DNA of 64,000 nucleotides from Chitinophagales bacterium (GTDB lineage Bacteria; Bacteroidota; Bacteroidia; Chitinophagales; JABDMM01): NCBI GenBank assembly GCA_013001465.1, contig JABDMM010000128.1, positions 257 to 64,256 of the forward strand, read 5' to 3'. Shown piece by piece: positions 54,954 to 64,000 of this stretch (position 1 is its first letter; each line of letters starts with the position of its first letter). The notes under the pieces were generated by a model. It saw only the letters and a program-made list of their open reading frames with translations, ran no database searches and was not told where the DNA came from. The position numbers and the translations under genes were made by a program.

Positions 54954-56249
54954 TTAGAGAGTGAGTTCAAAAAGATCCAGCAAAATTTCACGCACATAGT
55001 TCTGCACGCTTTCATTTTCGATCTTCTCCACGATCTCGTTTGCAAAAGCATATGAAACTAATGCTTTCGCTCTTTCCTTGGAAATACCTCGTGTTTGAAG
55101 ATAAAAGAGCGCTTCGTCGTTTAGTTGCCCAGATGTTGCTCCGTGGCTGCACTTTACATCGTCTGCAAAAATTTCTAGTTGAGGTTTCGTATTAATTCCG
55201 GCATTATCGGATAAAAGAATATTTTGATTGGATTGAAATGCATTTGTTTTTTGTGCGTCTTCCCTGACGAATATTTTCCCATTAAAAACACCTTCACTCT
55301 TGTCATCAAGCAGGCCTTTATAAAGTTGATTGCTTGTGCAATTCGGTTTACGGTGGTCGACTAAAATATGATTATCGATAAGATCGGAAGACCTACCGAA
55401 ATACAATCCGTTGAGATGGCAGTCACAATTCTCTCCGTCGTAGCGGACGTGAAGATTATTTCTGATCAATGAACCATTGAGTGAAACGGTGACTGCATTA
55501 TACTGACTATCCCTTTTTTGTAAAACCTCTGTATTGTTTATCAGGCAAAGATCCTTTCTTTCATCCTGAATAACGGTATGGTGAAGTTTGGCATTCTCCT
55601 GGAGATAAATCTCAGTTGCTGCATTGTGATATGCAGAATCCTCCATAGAAATTACTTTTTCTATGATCTGTGCGGAAGATGACTCTCCTATAACTACCAA
55701 GTTCCTGGAGTTCACCAAATGTTTCCCGGTAACGACGTTTACAATTATTATAGGAAAGTCGGGAGAAAAATTATCCGGAAGGTGAATGAAAACTCCATCC
55801 TGGGCAAATGCCATATTGAGTGCAGCAAAATGTTGCTCTTCAATTTTTAGAAGTTTATTGAGATAGTTGAAAACGATGGGATCATTGGCATTATATGCAT
55901 GTTGTAAACTCCTGAAATATGAGTTAAAACCTTCATCGATGAAGGATGAATTTTTTTCTGAATAAACCCCGTCGATGCAAACAATTCGATTTGCTTTAAG
56001 AGAAGGGAGAAACTCAGGTAAGTCAATAGAAGGCTCAATAGTTGGGTTAGCGATTGCAGGCAGTTCCTTAAAAAAACGTGATACTTTTATATACTTCCAT
56101 TCCTCATGTCTGTTAGAAGGGATCCCAAGTTTTTCAAATTCCGCCATCGCTTTCAACCTTAAAGGATATATGGATGAGTTTTTCAACCCATTCATATTTT
56201 GCTCCATCAAGTCGAATGCTGTTATATATGGTGTTAGATCTTTGGTCAT
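54954..56249 (-). CDS. sufD: Fe-S cluster assembly protein SufD
   Basis: C-terminal '[24 protein letters not shown]...FYLQTRGIS'. I chose the start at Met 56249 (ATGA overlap with the sufC stop); the track ORF extends to 56273. Confidence 0.85.
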   Translation of the reverse strand: MTKDLTPYITAFDLMEQNMNGLKNSSIYPLRLKAMAEFEKLGIPSNRHEEWKYIKVSRFFKELPAIANPTIEPSIDLPEFLPSLKANRIVCIDGVYSEKNSSFIDEGFNSYFRSLQHAYNANDPIVFNYLNKLLKIEEQHFAALNMAFAQDGVFIHLPDNFSPDFPIIIVNVVTGKHLVNSRNLVVIGESSSAQIIEKVISMEDSAYHNAATEIYLQENAKLHHTVIQDERKDLCLINNTEVLQKRDSQYNAVTVSLNGSLIRNNLHVRYDGENCDCHLNGLYFGRSSDLIDNHILVDHRKPNCTSNQLYKGLLDDKSEGVFNGKIFVREDAQKTNAFQSNQNILLSDNAGINTKPQLEIFADDVKCSHGATSGQLNDEALFYLQTRGISKERAKALVSYAFANEIVEKIENESVQNYVREILLDLFELTL

Positions 56250-56998
56250 GCGTTTACTTCTTCTTTTACCCATTCGTATCCTTTGTCATCCAGTTCAAGT
56301 GCAAGAGATTTATCTCCGGATTTCACTATCTGTCCGTTATATAAAATATGAACATAATCAGGTACGATATAATCTAATAGTCTTTGGTAATGTGTGATCA
56401 CGACAAATGCATTTTCAGATGTGCGAAGACTGTTGACACCATTTGCGACGATCCGTAATGCATCGATATCAAGACCGGAGTCTGTCTCATCCATGATCGC
56501 TAACTTGGGTTCCAACATCGCCATTTGAAGTATCTCATTTCTTTTTTTCTCTCCTCCTGAAAAACCTTCATTTAAAGATCTGCTCATCAATTTAGGATCC
56601 ATCTTTACAAGAGCCATTTTCTCTTTGATCATTTTAAGAAAATCCTTTGCGACGACGGGATCTTGTCCAAGAGCTTTTCTCTTCTCATTGATCGCTGCCT
56701 TCATAAAGTTTGTCATAGAAACTCCCGGTATCTCAACTGGATACTGGAAAGCCAGGAAGACTCCTTTATGTGCACGTTCATGTGGATCAAGATCTAATAG
56801 ATCTTCTCCTTGATATTCTATCTTACCTCCATTAACATCATATTCATCTCTGCCGGCTATTACCGAAGCGAGGGTGCTTTTCCCGGAACCGTTAGGACCC
56901 ATTATAGCATGAACCTCTCCAGGCTTTACAGATAGATTAAGGTTATCCAGGATCGAATGTCCGTCGATGCTTACTGATAAATTTTTTATTTCGAGCAT
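56246..56998 (-). CDS. sufC: Fe-S cluster assembly ATPase SufC
   Basis: Walker A 'GPNGSGKST', signature 'FSGGEKKR' and Walker B '[11 protein letters not shown]'. Confidence 0.9.
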   Translation of the reverse strand: MLEIKNLSVSIDGHSILDNLNLSVKPGEVHAIMGPNGSGKSTLASVIAGRDEYDVNGGKIEYQGEDLLDLDPHERAHKGVFLAFQYPVEIPGVSMTNFMKAAINEKRKALGQDPVVAKDFLKMIKEKMALVKMDPKLMSRSLNEGFSGGEKKRNEILQMAMLEPKLAIMDETDSGLDIDALRIVANGVNSLRTSENAFVVITHYQRLLDYIVPDYVHILYNGQIVKSGDKSLALELDDKGYEWVKEEVNA

Positions 56999-57018
56999 GT
57001 TTCTTTTTACTTTATAAG

Positions 57019-58464
57019 TTATCCAACACTACCTTCTAAACTGATCGCCAATAAATTTTGCGCTTCAACAGCAAACTCCATAGGAAGATGACGAAAGACT
57101 TCCTTACAATAACCATTTATAATTAAGTTGACCGCTTCCTCATCTGATAATCCTCTTTGATTGCAGTAGAACAACATGTCTTCACCGATCTTAGAAGTGG
57201 TGGCTTCATGTTCAACCTGGGCTGAGCTGTTTTTAACTTCCAGATATGGGAACGTATGAGCTCCACACTTATCACCGATCAAAAGTGAGTCACATTGTGA
57301 AAAGTTGTAAGCGTTTTTCGCTGTCTTATGCATCTGTACCAATCCGCGATAGCTATTCTGACTTTTTCCTGCGCTAATACCTTTAGAAACAATTCTACTC
57401 TTGGTGTTTTTCCCAATATGGATCATCTTTGTTCCTGTATCTGCCTGCTGAAAATTATTGGTTACAGCTACAGAATAGAACTCACCGATCGACCGATCTC
57501 CTTTCAGGATACAACTGGGATATTTCCATGTAATAGCAGACCCGGTCTCCACCTGAGTCCAAGAGATCTTGGATTCGACACCGTTGCAAAGCCCACGTTT
57601 CGTAACGAAGTTGTAGATCCCACCTTTTCCTTCACTGTTTCCAGGGTACCAGTTTTGTACTGTTGAATATTTGATCTCAGCCCGGTCTTGCGCAACCAAC
57701 TCAACAACTGCAGCATGCAACTGGTTTTCATCTCTCATTGGAGCAGTACATCCTTCGAGGTAACTTACATAGCTGTCATCTTCTGCAATGATCAAGGTTC
57801 TCTCAAACTGACCTGTGTTTTCTGCATTGATCCTGAAGTAAGTCGATAGCTCCATAGGACAACGAACACCTTTAGGCACATAAACGAAAGAACCATCACT
57901 AAACACTGCTGAGTTTAAAGCAGCATAGTAATTGTCTCTTGTTGGAACAACACTCCCTAAATGTTTTTGAATTAACTCCGGGTATTCTTTGATCGCTTCT
58001 GAGATAGAACAGAAGATAACACCGAATTCTTTCAACTGTTTTTTGAATGTAGTAAGGACACTCTCGCTATCCATAACGAAGTCTACCGCAACTCCTGCAA
58101 GCATTTTTTGCTCCTCAACAGGAATACCCAATTTTTCATAGGTGCGAAGCAGTTCAGGATCCACCTCATCAAGACTTTCATATTGTGGTTTCTTTTTCGC
58201 TCCGGCATAGTAAATGATATCCTGAAAGTCGATTTTAGGATAATGAACATTCACCCAATCAGGTTCTGTCATCTGTTGCCAGGTTTTGAATGCCTTCAAC
58301 CTCCACTCAAGCATCCACTCGGGTTCTTCCTTCTTTGCGGAGATAAAACGGATAGTATCTTCAGATAAACCTTTGGGTGCGGTTTCCTGTTCTATATCTG
58401 TAACAAAACCATAGCGATACTCGCCTGTGGTTGCTTTTTCTATTAATTTGTCGTCATCATGCAT
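57019..58464 (-). CDS. sufB: Fe-S cluster assembly scaffold SufB
   Basis: 'YLEGCTAPM', '[18 protein letters not shown]' and '[11 protein letters not shown]...[20 protein letters not shown]'. Confidence 0.9.
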   Translation of the reverse strand: MHDDDKLIEKATTGEYRYGFVTDIEQETAPKGLSEDTIRFISAKKEEPEWMLEWRLKAFKTWQQMTEPDWVNVHYPKIDFQDIIYYAGAKKKPQYESLDEVDPELLRTYEKLGIPVEEQKMLAGVAVDFVMDSESVLTTFKKQLKEFGVIFCSISEAIKEYPELIQKHLGSVVPTRDNYYAALNSAVFSDGSFVYVPKGVRCPMELSTYFRINAENTGQFERTLIIAEDDSYVSYLEGCTAPMRDENQLHAAVVELVAQDRAEIKYSTVQNWYPGNSEGKGGIYNFVTKRGLCNGVESKISWTQVETGSAITWKYPSCILKGDRSIGEFYSVAVTNNFQQADTGTKMIHIGKNTKSRIVSKGISAGKSQNSYRGLVQMHKTAKNAYNFSQCDSLLIGDKCGAHTFPYLEVKNSSAQVEHEATTSKIGEDMLFYCNQRGLSDEEAVNLIINGYCKEVFRHLPMEFAVEAQNLLAISLEGSVG

Positions 58465-58479
58465 TCATGAAAATTTTTG

Positions 58480-58487
58480 CAAAAATA
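58480..58487 (-). promoter_or_regulatory. Candidate -7 promoter element (TATTTTTG on the - strand) upstream of sufB
   Basis: Matches TAnnTTTG, 16 nt upstream of the ATG at 58464. Confidence 0.35.
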
Positions 58488-58514
58488 CTTATTCATAGAG
58501 TTAAAATTTATTTT

Positions 58515-58555
58515 TAGGAAGGCTTATTTAGATTCAATCTAAATTTCTCTTCCTA
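58515..58555. promoter_or_regulatory. 41-bp imperfect palindrome in the sufB / cox3-like divergent region
   Basis: The sequence is taggaag-gctt-atttagat-tca-atctaaat-ttct-cttccta. The inner 8-bp arms (58526-58533 / 58537-58544) and the outer 7-bp arms are perfect. Confidence 0.45.
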
Positions 58556-58642
58556 TCATAAGTATGAACATTCAAGGAAGAGAAAAGTTCGAAGTCGCGA
58601 TATTCCTTAAAAAATGCAATTCAAAATCAATTTAAACAGCAC

Positions 58643-59260
58643 ATGAGTCAAACGGTAAACACAACGAATAAGCATACTGAGAAAAAGGTACATCCGTATC
58701 AGATCATTATGTTTTTCCTATTATTCGCACTCTCTTCAATATTTGCCATATTTACGATATCTCAGTTGGTTACGAATATTGGGAAAAGTTTCCCTGACTT
58801 TAAAATTCCTCTTATTTTCCATGCCAATACCATTATAATATTATTATGTAGTTATGTTATTCATCAAGCGAAGAATGCATTTGAAAATGAGAATGAGATC
58901 GACTATAAGCGTGCCATATCGATCACATTTGGTTTGGGTTGGACATTCCTCATATTACAATCGATAGGTTTCTGGGAGTTGTTTAATTCCGGTATCACTG
59001 TTTCCAACAATTTGAACGGTAGTTATTTGTATATCATCTCTGCAGCTCATGCTCTGCATGTGATCGCAGGTTTAATTCCATTAGGAATAACCCTGTATAA
59101 TATTCGACAGAGAAAAAAGAACCTTATTAAGAGTGTGGTTTTTAGTAGTGATCCGGTGAATAAGGTGAAAGTTAGACTTCTTGCCGTCTATTGGCATTTC
59201 GTAGATGCTTTATGGCTTTATTTATACCTTTTCTTTTGGTTGATCATTCTGTTATTCTGA
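58643..59260 (+). CDS. Heme-copper oxidase subunit III-like membrane protein (orphan)
   Basis: 5 TM helices, with 'AAHALHVIAGL' and 'YWHFVDALWLYLYLFF' typical of Cox3/CyoC. Confidence 0.7.
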   Translation: MSQTVNTTNKHTEKKVHPYQIIMFFLLFALSSIFAIFTISQLVTNIGKSFPDFKIPLIFHANTIIILLCSYVIHQAKNAFENENEIDYKRAISITFGLGWTFLILQSIGFWELFNSGITVSNNLNGSYLYIISAAHALHVIAGLIPLGITLYNIRQRKKNLIKSVVFSSDPVNKVKVRLLAVYWHFVDALWLYLYLFFWLIILLF

Positions 59261-59263
59261 AGA

Positions 59264-60469
59264 TCAATATATCTGATTTCTCAGCAGATCGTCGAGTGTT
59301 TCCCGTTTTCTGATCAATTTTGGCTCACCATTACTTAATAAAACTTCAGCCGGTCGAAATCTGGAATTGTAATTTGATGCCATAGAAAAACAATAAGCAC
59401 CGGAATTTTTGAATCGGAGGATATCTCCTGTTCTGACTTCGCTTATCAGTCGGTCTGAGGCAAAAGTATCTGTTTCACATATATAGCCTACAACACTGTA
59501 TACTTTCTTCGCACCATTTGGATTGCTGATATTTTCAATCTCGTGATGTGCGTTGTAGAACATCGGTCGGATCAAATGATTGAATCCTGAGTCGACTCCA
59601 ATAAAAGTACATGATGTGGTTTGCTTAACAACATTCACTTTGGTAAAGAAGTCACCGGCTTCACTAACAAGAAATTTTCCAGGTTCAAACTTCAATTCAT
59701 AATCTTTATTATGATCCTTGCTGAATTTGATGAATACTTTGCTAAACAGTTCCCCGAATCTGTCGATATCAGTAGAAAGGTCTCCTTCCTTATATTTTAT
59801 TTTAAATCCACTTCCAAAGTCAACATATTTAACGGAGTCAAATTTTTCGACCACAGCGAATACCAATTCTGCAGCTTTTATAAATATTTCTGAATCGATA
59901 ATATCGGAGCCGGTGTGGACGTGAATTCCTTCAACATCGATGTTCAGACTATTTACAATTCGCTGTATTAATGGAAGTTGGTGTATCGAGATACCAAATT
60001 TCGAGTCAATATGACCAACGGAAATATTTCTATTTCCCCCAGCCATCAAGTGAGGATTAATTCTGATACAAACCGGTACATGCGGGCATTCGACACCCAG
60101 GCATTCCAGCATTTGAAGATTGTCGACATTGATCTTGACCCCAAGATCGATGACATCTTTATATTCGTCTTCAGACACATTATTAGGAGTGTATAATATG
60201 TCTTCGGGTTTAAAACCCGCTTTGAGTCCGAGTTGAACTTCCTGTAAAGATACGCAGTCAAGACCGGAGCCCAGATCTTTAAACAACCTAAGCACATTGA
60301 TATTGCTCAGTGCTTTACATGCATAATGGACACGAAGAGCAGGAACATCGAATGCATTCACAAACTTGTGATATTGCGACTTCATTTTGTCCTCATTATA
60401 AACAAAAAGCGGAGTCCCGAATTCCTCACAAATACGAATATTGTCTAGCACCATTTCAGCCTGTTCCAT
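59264..60469 (-). CDS. lysA: Diaminopimelate decarboxylase
   Basis: 'GTPLFVYNE', PLP-Lys context 'VHYACKALSN', 'HVHTGS', 'DFGSGF' and 'VVGYICETDTF'. Confidence 0.85.
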   Translation of the reverse strand: MEQAEMVLDNIRICEEFGTPLFVYNEDKMKSQYHKFVNAFDVPALRVHYACKALSNINVLRLFKDLGSGLDCVSLQEVQLGLKAGFKPEDILYTPNNVSEDEYKDVIDLGVKINVDNLQMLECLGVECPHVPVCIRINPHLMAGGNRNISVGHIDSKFGISIHQLPLIQRIVNSLNIDVEGIHVHTGSDIIDSEIFIKAAELVFAVVEKFDSVKYVDFGSGFKIKYKEGDLSTDIDRFGELFSKVFIKFSKDHNKDYELKFEPGKFLVSEAGDFFTKVNVVKQTTSCTFIGVDSGFNHLIRPMFYNAHHEIENISNPNGAKKVYSVVGYICETDTFASDRLISEVRTGDILRFKNSGAYCFSMASNYNSRFRPAEVLLSNGEPKLIRKRETLDDLLRNQIY

Positions 60470-60530
60470 ATCAGTTTAGTTGAAGCGACGAAATTAAAGA
60501 GAATTTGTAATCTAAACCGATTATTACCAA

Positions 60531-60572
60531 TTGAAAATTGAAAAATTGATTTCTTGAAAAATTGAAGCTTGA
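60531..60572. repeat. Six phased TTGA(A/T) units in the lysA/typA divergent region
   Basis: TTGA occurs at 60531, 60538, 60546, 60554, 60562 and 60569, giving spacings of 7, 8, 8, 8 and 7. Confidence 0.6.
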
Positions 60573-60578
60573 ATAGGC

Positions 60579-60586
60579 TATCTTTG
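60579..60586 (+). promoter_or_regulatory. Candidate -7 promoter element TATCTTTG upstream of typA
   Basis: Matches TAnnTTTG. A TTG lies at 60554-60556, 22 nt upstream. The ATG is only 8 nt downstream, implying a very short leader. Confidence 0.3.
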
Positions 60587-60594
60587 CAGATTTT

Positions 60595-62397
60595 ATGGAA
60601 AAACTGAGAAACATAGCCATCATTGCCCACGTCGATCATGGTAAGACCACACTTGTAGACAAGATGCTATTAGTGGGTAAATTATTCAAGGATCACGAGA
60701 AACCGGGTGAATTGATAATGGACAGCAACGACCTCGAAAGAGAGCGTGGCATAACCATTGTATCGAAGAACGTTTCGGTGCGGTATAAGGACTATAAAAT
60801 CAATATCATCGATACTCCGGGTCACGCGGATTTCGGTGGGGAGGTCGAAAGAGTCTTAAACATGGCGGATGGTGTCCTTGTGTTGGTAGACGCATTTGAA
60901 GGACCGATGCCTCAAACACGATTTGTTTTGCAAAAAGCGATCGAACTTGGGCTTAAACCTATCGTTGTAGTAAATAAAGTTGATAAAGAAAACTGTACAC
61001 CGGATGAAGCGGTAGAGCAAGTTTTTGAATTGATGTTCAACCTCGATGCAAGTGAAGAACAGCTTGATTTCCCAATAGTTTTTGGATCAGCAAAGCAAGG
61101 GTGGATGAGCGAAGATTGGAAAGCGCCTACAACTGATATTCATTACCTGATGGAGATGATAATAAAGCATGTACCTGCGCCGAATACCAAAGATGGAGAT
61201 CTGCAGATGCTAATTACCTCTCTGGATTTTTCATCGTTTGTTGGAAGGATCGCTATCGGTAGAGTTCAACGAGGAACTTTTAAAGTAAATTCTCCGGTAT
61301 CGCTTATTAAAAGAGATGGTAGTATCAATAAAACAAAGGCGAAAGAACTTTTTGTTTTTGAGGGTTTTGGAAGGGAAAAAGTCGACTCTGTAAGACACGG
61401 TGAAATTTGTGGAGTAGTTGGACTAGAAGGCTTTGAGATCGGAGACTCGATCGCAGAAGGTGATGAACCGGTAGCGCATCAGGAGATCAAGATCGATGAA
61501 CCTACTATGAGTATGCGTTTTACTATTAATGACTCTCCATTTTTTGGCAAGGAGGGAAAATTTGTGACCTCACGGCATATCAAGGAGCGGTTGGACAGAG
61601 AACTAGAAAAGAATCTTGCATTACACGTTGAGCCAACTGAAAGCCCTGATTCATTCAAAGTGTTTGGTCGAGGTGTGTTGCACTTATCGATTTTGATCGA
61701 GACAATGCGCCGTGAAGGATATGAGTTACAGATCGGCCAGCCACAAGTGATCATAAAAGAAATAGATGGCCGCAAACATGAACCGGTTGAAGAACTAGAT
61801 ATTAACTTGCCCGAAGAATTTTCTGGTAAAGCGATCGAGATGGTAACGAAGCGAAAAGGGGAGTTGTTGAACATGGAGCCTAAAAGTGGACGTATGTCAC
61901 TCAAGTTTCATATCCCTTCACGAGGTATTATTGGGATGAGAAATAATTTACTAACCGCAACTGCAGGAGAAGCGATCATGTCACACCGGTTTATCGAATT
62001 CCAACCTCATAAAGGAGAAATACCCGGAAGGATAAACGGATCACTGATCAGTCTGGAAAAAGGGAAATCAATTCCCTACAGTTTAAATAATCTACAGGAA
62101 AGAGGAAAATTCTTTATTGGTCCGAATGAAGATATTTATGAAGGTCAGATCATCGGAGAAAATTCCAGAGGGAGCGATTTGGCGGTGAATGTTACGAAAA
62201 CCAAAAAATTATCAAACGTTAGAGCTGCCGGATCTGATGACAAAGTAAAGCTTGCACCACCCGTTAAATTTTCTTTGGAAGAAGCACTGGAATATATACA
62301 AGAAGATGAACTGGTAGAAGTGACGCCAGAATCTATTCGACTGAGGAAGATCTTTTTAAAAGAGGCGGAAAGAAAGCGAGGAAAGAAGTTTGATTAG
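60595..62397 (+). CDS. typA: Translational GTPase TypA/BipA
   Basis: 'IAIIAHVDHGKTTLVD', 'DTPGHADFGGEVER' and 'NKVDK'. About 600 aa with a BipA-type C-terminus. Confidence 0.9.
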   Translation: MEKLRNIAIIAHVDHGKTTLVDKMLLVGKLFKDHEKPGELIMDSNDLERERGITIVSKNVSVRYKDYKINIIDTPGHADFGGEVERVLNMADGVLVLVDAFEGPMPQTRFVLQKAIELGLKPIVVVNKVDKENCTPDEAVEQVFELMFNLDASEEQLDFPIVFGSAKQGWMSEDWKAPTTDIHYLMEMIIKHVPAPNTKDGDLQMLITSLDFSSFVGRIAIGRVQRGTFKVNSPVSLIKRDGSINKTKAKELFVFEGFGREKVDSVRHGEICGVVGLEGFEIGDSIAEGDEPVAHQEIKIDEPTMSMRFTINDSPFFGKEGKFVTSRHIKERLDRELEKNLALHVEPTESPDSFKVFGRGVLHLSILIETMRREGYELQIGQPQVIIKEIDGRKHEPVEELDINLPEEFSGKAIEMVTKRKGELLNMEPKSGRMSLKFHIPSRGIIGMRNNLLTATAGEAIMSHRFIEFQPHKGEIPGRINGSLISLEKGKSIPYSLNNLQERGKFFIGPNEDIYEGQIIGENSRGSDLAVNVTKTKKLSNVRAAGSDDKVKLAPPVKFSLEEALEYIQEDELVEVTPESIRLRKIFLKEAERKRGKKFD

Positions 62398-62741
62398 ATA
62401 GTAGCATTACTGACAGTATATTTTTTCGATTTTTCTGAAGCGTTCTTCTTGTTGTTCAAGCTGGAATAAACTGTTATTCCTTCTGTTCCCGTAGTACTAC
62501 CTTTATTATCCACTTTACCATCTTCCACTTTCATAAACAAGAATTCATCAGAATGTTTGTTTTAAACATTATAATGGAGTAGATCATAGATATATCTCTA
62601 CTGCAGAAGAGTTTCAAAATTTGATCTTCATACTCAGTTCAGATCTTGATATAAGGCAATTATTGAGAATTGCAATTCTATAACTTAGGGATGGGTCTAA
62701 AGCTATTTACCTAAATTAGCTTTTCATTCTAAATCATAAAT

Positions 62742-64000
62742 ATGAGTATTAAACTATTCAAAATTTTTATAATCATTGTATTTATTGCCGGATCTAATAC
62801 AGTTTTCGCACAGAAAAATTCGGACATACTACAGGCTTGGGATCATATTGCCAATAACGACCTGATGGCTGCAAAAAAGTCTTTTGAAAAGGCTGTTAAT
62901 AGTGATGAAAAACATTATGCTCATCTTGGTTTATCCTACGTAGGAGCAGCAATCAGCAATAATAAACTGAGGCTGGAGAATTATCTTAAATTTATTACAA
63001 CTGCTCCCAATCCCGATCCCTATCTTATCGCTCTTTGGACAGGAACGGGAATGATAGACTATTCCGATCCAGATCCATATCTTGAAATGCTTGAAGAATT
63101 TACGACCAATAGAGATGGAACATTAAGAATATTGGCATATGAAACTCTAGGTTCATATTACGAGTCCATAAACAAAATGTCGAAAGCCAAAGAATATTTT
63201 GATAAAATGGGATCGATAGAGACATGGCAAGTAATAGGTGAGTTTGAAAATATTTCGGAAAGTGGTTTCAACGTGGATCATGGTCCGCTTGCTCACCCGG
63301 AGAAAGACTTTGATTTCACAAATAAGAGAGGTGTGGATGTGAAGTGGTTTGAACTCACCCAGGCTAGACCTGATAAATGGGTTGACTTCGCGTATCACTT
63401 TTATATCGACAATTCGGTCATATATGCTCAAAATTGGGTGAACAGCCCTACCGAACAGGAAGTCCAGATCCGGATCGGTACATCAGGTTCGCTGAAGTTT
63501 TGGGTGAATGACAAGCTTATGTTCCAGGAATCAGAGGAAAGAAATAATGGTTTAGATACCTACATCTTTACCGCAAAACTGAATAAGGGGAATAATAGAG
63601 TTTTACTTCAGATCGGTGCAAGTGAGATCAGTATGTCAAATTTTCTTGTGAGGATAACCGACATGAAAGGCAACAATATCCAAGGCTTGACCTTCAGCAA
63701 TCAAATGAAGACATATCCATCAGATTATGCTTATGAATCAAGAACGATCGAAGATCCAACGGAGATCTATTTTAAACAGAAATTAGAAGAGAACAATAAT
63801 GACCTTCAGCATTTACTAGCCCTGTCACAGCATTATCTGAAAAACGATAAGGTTTACCCTGCAAAAAAGATCCTTAAAGTAGCGAAGAATAAGTACCCGG
63901 ATTGTTCTTATGTTACATTTCAACTTATCGAAACATACTACCGTGATGACAATAGAACCGGTGTCTCTACCTACCTGGAAGAGCTTAAGGATAAAGACCC
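62742..64000 (+). CDS. Secreted hypothetical protein, N-terminal part (runs off the right edge)
   Basis: The open frame runs from the ATG at 62742 to the window end and is not in the track because it has no stop. Signal peptide 'IIIVFIAGSNTVFAQ', then TPR-like helices and a beta-sandwich-like block 'VQIRIGTSGSLKFWVNDKLMF...LNKGNNRVLLQIG'. Confidence 0.55.
   Translation, partial: MSIKLFKIFIIIVFIAGSNTVFAQKNSDILQAWDHIANNDLMAAKKSFEKAVNSDEKHYAHLGLSYVGAAISNNKLRLENYLKFITTAPNPDPYLIALWTGTGMIDYSDPDPYLEMLEEFTTNRDGTLRILAYETLGSYYESINKMSKAKEYFDKMGSIETWQVIGEFENISESGFNVDHGPLAHPEKDFDFTNKRGVDVKWFELTQARPDKWVDFAYHFYIDNSVIYAQNWVNSPTEQEVQIRIGTSGSLKFWVNDKLMFQESEERNNGLDTYIFTAKLNKGNNRVLLQIGASEISMSNFLVRITDMKGNNIQGLTFSNQMKTYPSDYAYESRTIEDPTEIYFKQKLEENNNDLQHLLALSQHYLKNDKVYPAKKILKVAKNKYPDCSYVTFQLIETYYRDDNRTGVSTYLEELKDKD

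Noticed and set aside
62394-62534. 46-aa - strand ORF (MKVEDGKVDNKGSTTGTEG...) in the typA downstream spacer
   Set aside because: It is short, overlaps the typA stop, and has no motif or upstream promoter signal. It might be a gene remnant, but that is not supportable.
1-64000. Scan for CRISPR arrays, tRNA/rRNA genes, riboswitches, IS elements and prophage genes
   Set aside because: I saw no regularly spaced 25-40 bp direct repeats, no tRNA-like T-arm or acceptor pattern in the intergenic regions, and no transposase or integrase-like ORFs. The lysA leader (125 nt) is too short for a lysine riboswitch. This was a by-eye scan, so small ncRNAs cannot be excluded.

Overview
This is a densely coding, low-GC chromosomal segment that looks like a Bacteroidota genome. 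The pointers are four ORFs ending in T9SS-type C-terminal sorting domains, TAnnTTTG -7 promoter motifs, a CGC-type bacilliredoxin, and a mevalonate pathway with a 'GYDIA' GHMP kinase. I support about 60 CDS. I saw no rRNA, tRNA, CRISPR array, transposase or integrase.

Gene content by region:
- 1-10274 (- strand): 11 co-directional, tightly abutting genes. The arsenosugar core (ArsM, DUF2064/TIGR04282-like, radical-SAM ArsS, AhpD-like peroxidase-like protein) sits with DUF547, three glycosyltransferases, a membrane 4Fe-4S/FAD redox pair and a purine nucleoside phosphorylase.
- 10340-13187: a TMTC-like TPR membrane protein and a ceramidase-like protein.
- 13312-20337: trkH, trkA and the mevalonate genes.
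- 20431-29173: a T9SS beta-helix protein, a diheme cytochrome plus beta-helix pair, and a MacAB-like exporter.
- 29355-33737: a peroxide-stress trio and a divergent EF-G paralogue.
- 33795-37085: MarR and YceI with shared palindromic operator-like sites, plus small genes.
- 37152-49730: two diverged copies of a two-gene module (signal-peptide fibre-like repeat protein followed by a reprolysin-like Zn-metalloprotease with a T9SS sorting domain). They bracket housekeeping-type genes (PPK2, Nudix, transglutaminase-like, thioesterase, YceI-like).
- 49878-51401: an uncharacterised all-helical protein.
- 51389-58464: an extended suf operon (sufBCDSE, sufT, bacilliredoxin, ferredoxin reductase).
- 58643-64000: a Cox3-like orphan, lysA, typA and a partial secreted protein.

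The two best candidates for uncharacterised biology are the extended ArsM/ArsS operon and the duplicated fibre-plus-metalloprotease module. All functional calls rest on motif recognition by eye. No database search was run.
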